Origin: an uncultured Methanosarcinales archaeon
GTDB lineage: Archaea > Nanobdellota > Nanobdellia > Woesearchaeales > CAZPJY01
Reading direction: 5' to 3'
DNA length: 64,000 nt
Assembly (NCBI GenBank): GCA_964587045.1
Contig: CAZPJY010000001.1
Location: 1 to 64,000 of the forward strand
Below, piece after piece: positions 28,801 through 40,800 of the stretch. Below the pieces are notes generated by a model. It was not told the origin of the DNA. It was given only the letters and a program-made list of their open reading frames with translations, and made no database searches. Every line of letters starts with the position of its first letter. Position 1 is the stretch's first letter. A program made the translations under genes and the position numbers.

Positions 28801-31800
28801 ACCTACTCTTCTGACACTTATACCTTCATCTACGACGTGACGCCACCCACCCTGACCCTGGACCTCTCCAACCCGTACTATCCGGGATCAATAGTCGCGC
28901 TTGAAGCAGGCGGAACGATAACCGACCTCCTCGTCAGCGCTGACGAGCCTGTGGTGTGCTCCTACGAGGGAGGGATGGACTACGTGATTCCGGGCGACAC
29001 CAACAACAGATCATACTACTACGGCATGACCCGCTTCACAGACCGCAGCTTTGCGAGGAACCACGCGCAGGACCTAACCATCCCAATAAATGACGACGGC
29101 ACTGACGGGACCTTTACCTACGTGGTCAACTGCGAGGACGAGGCCGGCAACTTCAGGAGTGGGGTCTACTTCCCGCCGTCCATAACCTTCATTGTCGAGC
29201 TAAACGAGCTGTACATATATGATGCGAGGCCCCAGGCGGCCGTGGACTCCCTCAACGTGCCGATCTCGTTCAGGACCAACAAGCTAGCGACCTGCACGGA
29301 GGACTCGAGCGGAGCCAACGCCCCCATAGGCGAGGGCACTCTGTTGCACTCAAAGACAATAACCTACTCAAGCGACGGGCAGAAGGACATCAACATCCAA
29401 TGCGTCGCGACAGAGGGTCCGCTACTGTCAGCCCAGGACCAGATCAGCTTCGTAATCGACACCTCACCGCCGACCGGGCTTTCCATCAGCATACCAGGGT
29501 CAGTCGATATCGGAGGCGTATGGAACGTATCAGGGTCGTTCACGCTGACGATGGGCGCCACTGACAGCCAGACCAACGTATCATCCTACACATACCAGCT
29601 CGCTGGCGTTGATTCCAGGCAGATGACGACCTCCCTCAGCTCTGTCAACTATTCCGGGCTTGCTGACGGGACATACATCTTCACCTTCTCGGCCTCGGAC
29701 TTCTTCGGGCACGAGAGCGCGGATGCAAGCTTCACCCTGCTCAGGGACAGCGAAGGCCCGCAGGTGGACATCACAAGTCCCGCCAACACATCGCTCCAGG
29801 ACGTGCAGGACGTCGCCATAACAGTGAGCGCGTCCGACACGGTCGGGCTGCACACGGTATGGTCAAATGACCTGGTCGTGTCCCACCAGTCGGGCAGCCT
29901 GTACGCTGGCACCTTCGCAGGCGCCGACGGGCAGCACACCGTCACGGTCTACGCCAACGACACCGCTGGCCACATGGCGAGCGACTCGGTCACCTTCACA
30001 ATCGACACGACGCCTCCCGAACCTGTGCATTTGGTCTCCCCCGATGACGGGGCCTACCTCAGAGGCAATGTCGTACTGAGATGGCAGGACCTCAGTGCCG
30101 ACGAGGCAAGCTACGTGGCTGAATACAGCACAAGCAATGATTTCAGCTCAGGCGTGGTCTCTCACACTTTGGGGCGCGACGCGACCAACATCTCCATACC
30201 TTCTCTGCTGACAGGCACAACGTACTACTGGAGGGTATATGCCTACGATGAGGCAGGCAATTCCGATTCGGCTTCAGCGGAGATAAGGTCATTTATCTAT
30301 GACAACGTCGCAGGGCCTGTCGTAATCGTCAGTCCGAGGGAAGATGCAATATTCAACACCACATCCCTCCTTGTAGAAGGCTTTGCGGAACCGGGCGCAA
30401 GCGTTGAGATAGTTGTGTACGACGAGGACCTCAACAGCGACAGCGCAACGGTCAGCGCCCAGGGGGTCGTAGCCCCGACAGCCCTCACTACAGTCGTCGC
30501 GACGGCCCGCGCAGGAGCAACCAACATAATGCTTGACGGCGACATGGCAAGCTACTCGTATGTCCAGTTCGCTGACCTTACTAATTATTATGGCATACGG
30601 AACAGCACGAGGATGGGTCCCTTCACCATCTTGACCCTGGATAAGCCGCTTGAGGAGTCTCCGAGGCAGTATGATACCGCTTTTGCGTACGCCACCAAAT
30701 CATTCACCGGGTTCTTCAGCTCGGACATGCCCTTCTCTGAGGGGTACAGCACGGTCTATGCGCGGGCGACTGACAATGCCGGCAACTGGGGCGATGACGA
30801 GGTGGCCGGTATCCTCGTGGACCTCCAGCCGCCAACGGTGAGCGAACCATCGCCCTCGCAGACCCTGGCCTCGGCAGGCACAGTATCTGCGATGCTCGCA
30901 GACACTGGAGGCTCAGGCATAGGCAGGTACGCCATGTACATCAACGGGACGCCCGTGGGCTCGACGCTGAGGGGAGGCCTTCTGGAGCACAGGGATGCTT
31001 TGGGTGACGGCAGCTACCAGGTCCAGGTATTCGTGTGGGATGCTGCAGGCAACATGGGTCAACTTGGATGGTCCTTCACGCTGGATTCCAGCCTGCCGAC
31101 CGCTACTGTTTCTGTCGAAGACGCGGTCGTGGATACGGATTACGATCCGGACAGGTACTATGTTGGCTCTGACTCTGCCACTGCGACCTACGTGTTCGGC
31201 TCTGATGTTGTGGTGGAGTCCGCGACGGTCTCTAGCGGCTCGCTTGTGCAGAGCCAGGTGTCTGCCAGGGAGTACGCCTTCGAGCTGTCAGGCCTCAGGG
31301 AAGGGTCGAGCACACTGACAGTGAGGGCGAGAAACGACATCAGCGGCAGCACGGCAATACCCTTCCAGGCAGAGATAATATCGGACACGACCAATCCCTA
31401 CGGCTTGAGGTTCACATCCATACCGGCAATCGCAAACCACGCGGCTGCAATCCCGGTGTCCGGCGCTTTCACCGAAACCAACCCATCATCAGCAACGCTC
31501 TCAGGCGACATAGACCCTGTTGCGCTGGAGACATCCTCACCCTTCACCGCCACCATCAACCTGCTGGGAAGCGACGGAGTAAAAGAGGTCATACTTACGG
31601 TGACAGACGTACTCGGCCATGAGGCCCAGGTTTCGAGGAACATAACCCTCGACACCACCCAGCCGGACGTGACCGTTACTTCAGCAGATCTCGTTGAGAT
31701 AGGTGGCAGGTGGTTCGCAATAGATGGGACCATGGACCTGCTCGTGGCCACTGAGCCTTCAACCATGATCAGCATCTACGCCAACGGCACCCTGGTCAGG

Positions 31801-34800
31801 AACGCGGTAACCGACTATGCGGGCCACTACAGCTACACGTTAAACAGCTTGTTCGAAAACTACAATGAGCTCTACGTGACTGCGACTGACGCCGCCGGCA
31901 ACACGGGGACGTCGAACACGGTTGAGGTATACGTGGACAACACCGAACCCCAGGTGACCTTCCTGAGCCCAGAGGAGGGGGAAGTGGCTGATGACATGGC
32001 GCGGTCGGTACAGATAGATGTAGAAGACGCTCTCTCAGGCGTGGACCCAGCAAGCGTCAGGCTGATAATCACCAACTCACAGAATGGAGCCACAGACGTT
32101 ACGGGCTGGCTGCAGTTCTCCTACGCAGATGGCAGGATGACGTTCTCGCCGCTCCCGTTCCCGGTATCGGAAGGAGAGAACACCCTAACTGTTAGGCTTA
32201 GCGACATGGCGGGAGTGCCCGGAGGGGACTCCATCACCTTCAGGGTGGACACCCAAGCGCCGGCAGAGCCCATGTTCACCCTGCTCAGCAACAACGATGT
32301 TCCTGTGGCGATACAGGACAGCAGCCTGCACAATCTGCCTGAAGACTACAACATATTCAGGTTCGATTTCGAGGAGCAGGTGGACGTAAGCTCCTTGTCG
32401 GTCTCGAGAGACGGTTCCCCGGCTGGCTTCTCCTACCTTGTGGCATCAGACACTAACCGCCTGGAGCTGATCCTCTCAGGATTGCTTTCTGAAGGCGAAT
32501 GGGCGGTGTCCTTCAACTTCGTTGCGACAGACAACGGACATGCCAACAGCCTCGACTTATCTTTTACCATAGACAGGACAGCGCCGGGCCAGGTATCCCA
32601 GACCTTGCCGGCTAACGGAGCCTTTACGCCATCCCCTGTAACACTGTCATGGTCAGAACTCGGGAGCGACGAGGCGGCCTACAACATCGAGGTTTTCAGG
32701 GACGCTTCCCTGACCGACCGCGTGACAGGCCTGCAGTCCAGCGTCGGCCCAGACACGACAAGCATTAGCTACGACAGGCTGAGCGACGGACAGGTCTACT
32801 ACTGGCGCGTATACGCAGTCGACGCGGCTGGAAACTCGCAGCCAACCGCTGCGAGTGTCAGGTCCTTTACTCCGGACAGCAGCGCAGGACCCTTGGTGCT
32901 GCTCTACCCAAGAACCGGTCTGGAGACCAACGCCTCTGAAATAGAGGCAGAAGGCTTCGCCGAGCCGGGCTCGCAGGTAACACTGAGCATGGGCACTGAG
33001 TCCGACACGGTCACGGCGTCAGGCATAGTATCTCCCGATCTGACAGTGGCGGTCTACGAGCCGGCAGTACCAGGAAGCAATGTGGTGAGGCTTTCAGGAG
33101 AGCTGGACGCCTACAATGGGTACTTCCTCCAGTTTGACGACCTGCACTATTACCACATAGTCGGCGTGCAGGTGCAGCCGTCCCTCTTCACGCAGATGAT
33201 CCTCGACCGCCCGCTGGCAACCGGCAGCTCGCCAAACGCGCGACTCTACGCGGCAAAGGACTTCACAGGATTCTTCTCCACCCAGATGGCCCTCGATCAG
33301 GGGTATAACAACATCTTCGTGCAGGCTGTCGACAGGGCCGGAAACCCCGCGCAGGCGTCGGCGCAAAACATCCTTTACGACCCCTCTGCGCCTGAGGCGG
33401 TGAGCTGGAGCCCGCAGGACACGCTGGCGGATTTCAGCAGGATAGAGCTGATAATATCAGACGGCCCGCTGGGCGCCTACTCTGGCATATCATATGTGGA
33501 GATGTACCTGGACGGGACGCAGGTCACCCCGACCCGCTCCCCGAGGCCGCTGGGAGAGGAGCTGGTCTATTACAGGCCCGGCGACCTTGAGGACGCAACC
33601 CACGAGGTGGAAGTGTACATGGGGGACGAGGCCGGGAACTACGGCTACTACTCGTGGTCCTTCACGCTGGATTCCAGCCTGCCGACCGCTACTGTTTCTG
33701 TCGAAGACGCGGTCGTGGATACGGATTACGATCCGGACAGGTACTATGTTGGCTCTGACTCTGCCACTGCGACCTACGTGTTCGGCTCTGATGTTGTGGT
33801 GGAGTCCGCGACGGTCTCTAGCGGCTCGCTTGTGCAGAGCCAGGTGTCTGCCAGGGAGTACGCCTTCGAGCTGTCAGGCCTCAGGGAAGGGTCGAGCACA
33901 CTGACAGTGAGGGCGAGAAACGACCTTCCGGGAAGCAGCTCCTTACCCTTCTATGCGGATTTGATGGTAGACACCCTGCCCCCAGACAGGCTAAGGATGA
34001 GCAGCCTGCCAGGCCTCGTTAACTACTTCAGCCTGCCTGTTACAGGCACCTTCACCGAGCCGAACCCGCAGTCGGTCGAGCTCTCAGGCGACTTGGACTC
34101 CGCGAGCGCCAGCCTGGCACCAGGAGGCTTCTCAGGTCAGGTCCAGCTCGCTTCTGGCGACGGCGAAAAGGAGGTCACCGTGACAGTCGAAGACGTCCTA
34201 TCCCATTCCTCAACTGCCTCGGCCCATGTGGTGCTTGATACCCAGGCGCCACCCATCACCATATCCACCAATGACGTGATCGATGTGTCCGGGGACACGT
34301 ACGGCACATCAGACAGGATAACCGTGCTGGCGCAGTGCGAGACCAACTCGCTGCTTGACCTGACCGTAAACTCGGTCACGACTCAGTCTGACAGGAGGTG
34401 CGCTGAAGGGTCCTACACGTTCTCCAACATCCCGCTGGTGGAAGGCTCAAACGAGATATCGGTCGATGCCACGGACGCGGCCGGCAACTCCCAGGAATCC
34501 AACACCCTGTCAGTATATGGGGACAGCACCCCTCCGACGGTAGGGTTCGGCAACCCGCTCGACGGGCAGGTCCTGACATCTTCGGCGGTGACTGTTAGCG
34601 CAACAGCGACTGATTCGGGATCTGGCGTGGAGGACTTGAGGATGTGGTTCAACGGCATTGAGGTCACGACTTGGCCCCAGTACTCGGTCTCGGGAAGCGA
34701 AATCACTTTCGATGTGCCCGTAGCGTTGATTGTGCCGGGAATGGTTAACACGGTAGAACTATTTGCCGTTGACAGCGTCGGAAACGGCGCCTCGTCCCAG

Positions 34801-37800
34801 CTCACCTTCAGGTACGACCCAGACGCGCCTTCAGAGCCGGTCATGAACCTGGTGCACCTTGCAGGGACCAGCAGCCTGGAGATAGAGAGGGGCGATTACA
34901 TCAATGCCATATCATCCTACAACATATTCAGGTTCGAGTTCGACGAGACGGTCGACGTGACCGGCTACACGGTCACCCTTGGCGGATCCAACGTCGCGGG
35001 AATATCGACCTCTGCTGCTTCGTCGACAGACCTGTTCGAGATATTCCTTACTGGAGCCGAAGCCCTTTCTGAGGGCAACTGGTCGGTCTCCCTCAACTTC
35101 GAGGCGAATGACAATCATGACACAAACAGCTTTACCACCTGGTTCGTGGTAGACAGGAGCCCCCCATCCGCGGTCTCGCTCACATTAGATGGAGGTGCCA
35201 CCTATACGAATTCGAGGCAAGTCACGGTAAGCGGAAGCGCGAGCGATTCGCAGAGTGCCATCCAGACCATCGAGCTCTCCAACAACGGGGCCACCTTCAC
35301 CCCGTTCCCTTACGATGAGCCGCCTGGAGCGTGGACCCTTGCGGGAGAAGGTTTGATGACTGTACATGCAAGGTTCAGGAGCCTGGCGGGGCTGCTATCC
35401 AACGTCATAACATCGCAGATAACGGTCGACACGACGCCTCCGCCTGTCCCCAAGCTCTACTCCCCGCCCGCCGGAGAGTCTTGCACGTCCCAATCAGAAT
35501 ACCAGGTCATAGGATATGTCGGAGAGTCCGACGTGACTGTCCTTATCATGGACGAACGGGGCAACAACTACTCAAGCCAGGTCGTAACGTACGGATCGCT
35601 TTGCTCAGGAGACCTGCCAGTCACGCGGGCGTCAGGAAATCTGGTCTACGTTTCGGATGCGGTCTCGCCCTTCTTCAGCGCTGGCAACTATATTCAGTTC
35701 AGCGGCCATTCCAGGGACAACTTCGAGAGGTATTACATAACCAGCGTCAACGCGATACCAGGCGACGACGAGGTCGTACTCCAGACACCATTGGAAGGTT
35801 CTGTCCGCAACGGCGAGCTCGTGAGGGTGTGCGATTCAATGTACCCCTCAGGATGGTTCAACATCACCATAGGACTGGACGCGACCAACAGCATACGGGC
35901 AGTTGCATACGACCACCTGGGGCTCATCGGCCCACTGACGGCAGAACGCATCCTGAGGGTGGACAGCGAACCGCCCGTCGCTTCTGACGGCTCTCCCTCA
36001 GGTCTGACAGGCGACTCATCCCCGACGATATCCGCAAGGGTGGTGGAATACCCAGCAATTGGGGGCTCAGGATTCGGCACTATTGAGATGAGGATCAACG
36101 GGACAGCGGTGCCGCTGCTGCGCGTCGGCGATGTCATAAGCTACGTCCCCGGCGTTCTGGCCGACGGGCTGTATTACGTCGACGTCTACGTCAGCGACAA
36201 TGCAGGCGGCTCGGACACGCTTTCCTGGAACTTCACCATAGACTCCAACGTCCCCCAAATCAACATAACGGTCGATGACTCAACCCCCTATCCGGGCTTC
36301 GAGCCCATGAGATATTACATCGATTTGACGAATGCTTCAGTCATGACCACATTCAGCGAAGAGTCCAGGGTCACAGAGATAGGAATAGTCGGTCTGAGCA
36401 TGACCTATGACGTACCCGGAACAGGATCAGAGATCCGCACCGACATAACAGGCCTCTCAGAAGGGCCCAACACTTTCACCGTAACAGCCGAGAAGCTGCT
36501 CTCAGGAGTGGCCTTCGGGCCGCCCGGAGACGCGCAGGCCCAGATATGGGTCGACACCATGGCGCCCAGGGATGTGGCGTTCAGCCTCTCGCCCACCCAG
36601 GTTAACAGCCGCTACATGGTCCCCCTGCAGGGATCGTTTTCTGAAGAGAACGTCCTCAGGGTGGAGCTTGACGGTGATGTGGAGAACGGGCCGGTCACAG
36701 CACTCAACGGCGCCAGCCTGTTCTCAGGAACTGTCAACCTGACATCAGGCGACGGCCTCAAGACGGTGAACGCCGTTGTGATCGACATGGTCGGGCACAG
36801 GACCACAGCATCGACGCAGATAAACCTTGACACGAACATGCCCAACGCGACCATCGTGGCTGTCGGAGCTGTCGATGTGTCGGGCCAACTGTATACCGCG
36901 TCAAGGTCAGTCGAGATAGGTGTCACATCAGACCCCCTAGCAAGCCTGGAGCTGATAGTCGACGGTGTCACCAGGTCGTCCGGCGCCTCGGACGCTTCAG
37001 GGCAGTACATGTTCACATTCTATACAGAGGAGGGTCCGCATGTCATCCAAGTGAATGCGACAGACTCTGCGGGGAACACCGGCGAGTCGAACACAGTCTA
37101 CCTGCAGGTGGACCTGACAGGACCGCGAATCGAATTTGTGAGCCCGGATGACGGCCAAGTTGTCATATCGCCCAATACAACCTTGAGGATGCACGTTAGC
37201 GACGCGGATGCCGGACCGCTGCCTCAAAGCATCAGCCTGCTGGTCAACAGCGTCGAGGTGGCTGGAGGAGCGGGATACAACTACTCTGACGGCACTGTGA
37301 CGTTCAGGCCTGAACCCTACCCAGTTGCCGAAGGTTTCAACACTGTCGAGTTGAGTATGACAGACGTCTTGGGCAATCCCAGCTCGGGCTCGATCGAGTA
37401 CAGGGTCGATCCGAACGCTCCGGAACTCCCGATCCTGTTCCTGACGAGCGCGGACCTCGGGCAGGTCGGAGTCGCGAGGGGGAGCTACCTGGCAACGCCC
37501 TCAGAATATGACATCTTCAGGTTCATCTTCTCAGAGGAGGTGACATTGACCGGAGAATCAATCCTCCTGGACGGTTCGCCTTCCGCGCACACCTCTTGGT
37601 CGACCACCAACACGCTGCAAAGCGACCTTGTCATCGGTTCAGGCCTGTCAGAGGGCAACTGGTCAGTGTCCTTGGATTTCGAGGCATCTGACAACGCCCA
37701 GTCGAGTAGCTACACCACTTGGTTCGTGGTCGACAGGACGCCGCCCGGAGTGGTGAGCCTTGCCTCGCCCGCTTCTGGCTCCATTCACAACGGCAACGTG

Positions 37801-40800
37801 ATGCTCGCATGGGAAGACCTTGGAGAGGACGAGGTCGGCTACAAAGTCGAACTATCCACCGAACCGGAATTCGCATCTCTGATGACCGGAAGCCCGCACG
37901 AGCTCGAGGACGGCGTGACCAGCCTCGGCATACCGGCATCCCAGTTCACCAGCGGCAGGACGTATTACTGGAGAGTGTATGCGCACGACCTCGCAGGCAA
38001 CGAGGATGCCTATTCGGCGACAGTATGGAGCTTCACATTTGACGACACCATAGCTCCCGTGCTGATAATCTCGCCTCCGGCCAATACTTTTACAAACGAC
38101 AGCGCAGCTCAGGTTGAGGGCTTTGCTGACCCCCTGTCAGCTATGGAGATCGTGCTGACCAGTTCACAGGTCACGACCGCAGAGAGCTCGGCAGAGGGCT
38201 TCGTCGCTCCGATGGGAACTGCGGCAGTTCTCGAGACGGCACGTTCAGGGGAGAGCGCCGTCCGCATAGCAGGCGACGTTTCAGCATACCAGTTCGTGCA
38301 GTTCAGCGACCGCAACTACTATGAGATCGTCGCAGCGCCCATATTCGGACCTTATACAGAGATAACCCTCGAGAAGCCGCTTGATGAGACCGCAGCTGCA
38401 GGTTCGGAGGCGAGATTCTACACATCAAGGATGTTCACAGGATTCTTCTCCGAGCCCATGACCTTGGGCGAAGGCTCAAACACGGTGTTTGCAATGAGCA
38501 CGGACGCCGCAGGCAACACGGCCCACGATGAGGTTCTCAACGTCATGCTCGACACATCGGGTCCGCAGATAACAGACATGAGCCCGACTGCAACCTTAGC
38601 AAGGGTCAGTTCGGTCTCAGCCCTCGTGTCAGACGACTCAAGCGGCGTCGCCGCTGCCACCATGTACGTCAACGGTGAGCAGGTGGCCGCAACCCTTAGG
38701 AGTGGCCTGGTAGAATACAGGTCAAGCCTGGCGGACGGGTCCTATTCTGTGCTGCTCGTTGTACGCGACCTGGCAGGCAACTACAATACGGCCACTTGGG
38801 GATTCACTGTGGATTCCGACCTCCCAGGCGCAACCATAACAGTCGACGATTCCATCGAGATGCCCGATTACAGCCCGGACCGCTACTACATTAACTCAAG
38901 CTCCCCGACTGTGAACGTTGAGTTCGACGCTGATGTTGTCGTAGAATCAGTAGGGGTGGCAGGAGGCACACTCACTGAGACCCAGATGTCAGCGGGCAAT
39001 TACGTCTACGAAGTCTCAGGACTCAGCGAGGGACAGCACCTGTTCAGCATGACCGCGAGGAAAGACATCGATGGTAGCAGCGCAGCTCCGTTCTCTGCCA
39101 ACATCGTCGTCGACATCTCGGCTCCTGACACCCTCGTACTGAGCCTGACCCCGCTCACAGCTGACAGCGAAGTTGAGATAACAGGATCGTTCAGGGAGAC
39201 CAACTTCGACAGGATGACAATTACAGGCGACATAACTACCTCAGATGTACATCTTGAGGGCAACAGGTTCGCAGGCACAGTCACACTCTCCCCAGGAGAC
39301 GGGCCAAAGACGGTAAGGCTTGATGTCTACGACCTGGTCGGCCACCGCTCACATATGGAGTCCACGACAGTAGCTGACACTCAGGCCCCAAGCCTCACTG
39401 CTGAGGTGTTGGGCGTGGTGGGTGTTGGTGGTAGGGATTATGTTGCTGATTCGCGTGTTGATGTGGGTGTGGTTTGCGAGTCTGGTCTTGTTTTGACGCT
39501 TATGGGTGGTGATAGGGTCAGGTCTGGTGTTTGTTCTGGTGGCTCGTTTGTTTTTGCTGGTGTTGGTATTGCTGAGGAGTTTAATGAGTTGTGGGTTGAG
39601 TCTGTTGATTTGGCTGGTAATGTTGGAGTGTCGAATCATGTTGTGGTGTATGGTGATGTGACTGGTCCGTCTGTTGTGTTTGTGCGTCCGCTTGATGGTG
39701 ATGTTGTGACTGATCCTGAGGGTGTTATTGAGGTTGCTGTTGGTGATGGCGGTGCTGGTGTTGATGGTGCGAGTGTGCGTTTGGTGGTTAATGATTGGGA
39801 TGTTACTGGCTGGCCCGGCTACACATACACATCCGGAATAATCTCATTTTCCCCAGCGCCTTTCCCGGTCCAAAACCATTCCAACGAGGTGGTCGTGTAC
39901 GTAGAAGACCAGCTTGGCAACCCTGCTGAGCAAAGGATGATATTCATAGTAGACCAGGACGCGCCGGCAAGGCCATCAATAACCCTGACCGACCCGACTC
40001 TTCCGCCGATAGCTCTATCTGACGGTAGCCATTTGAGCATAGAGTCATCCTACAATGTGTTCGAGCTCTCATTCGCAGAGGCCGTGAACGTGACAGGATA
40101 CTCATTGAGGCTGGGAGGCGTCGATGTCACGGATGTCAGAGCATCCCCGACGCAAGCAATCACGGATTTCAGCCTGGGCATGCTTGGTGCAGAACCCCTC
40201 GAGGAAGGCGGATGGGAGCTGACAGTCAACTTCGTCGCGGTGGACAATGCCCACACGAACAGCATCACCATCGGTTTCAACGTGGACAGGACAGCCCCCT
40301 CGACAGTCGCGCAACAGTCGCCCCAGGACTCATCGATTCTCGGTGGGGACATAGAGTTCTCATGGGACCATTTGGGTGATGATGAGGAGTATTACATCCT
40401 TGAAATCTCGACAGACCAGTCATTCTCAGGATTGGTTTACGAGACACGGGTTGCGAGCGAGGTGAGCAGCGTCGGAGTTTCCGATCGTGAGTTCGTACAG
40501 GGGCAGGCCTACTACTGGAGGGTATACGCCGGGGATGGCGCTGGCAATGAGGAGCCTGACACAGCAGACCAAAGAAGCTTCACATACGATGCGGCTGCAG
40601 GGCCTGTCATCATCTACAGGCCAATAACAGGCTATGACACTAACGAGAGCGCGATCGCTGTCGAGGGCTTCGCTGAGCCTTATTCACACATAGACCTGGC
40701 TGCGGTCGACTACCTGGGGACATACAATGACACCACCACAGCGTCAGCATCTGCGCCCGGAGCGCCAGACGCAACCCTGCAGATAGTCGATTCGGCACTT

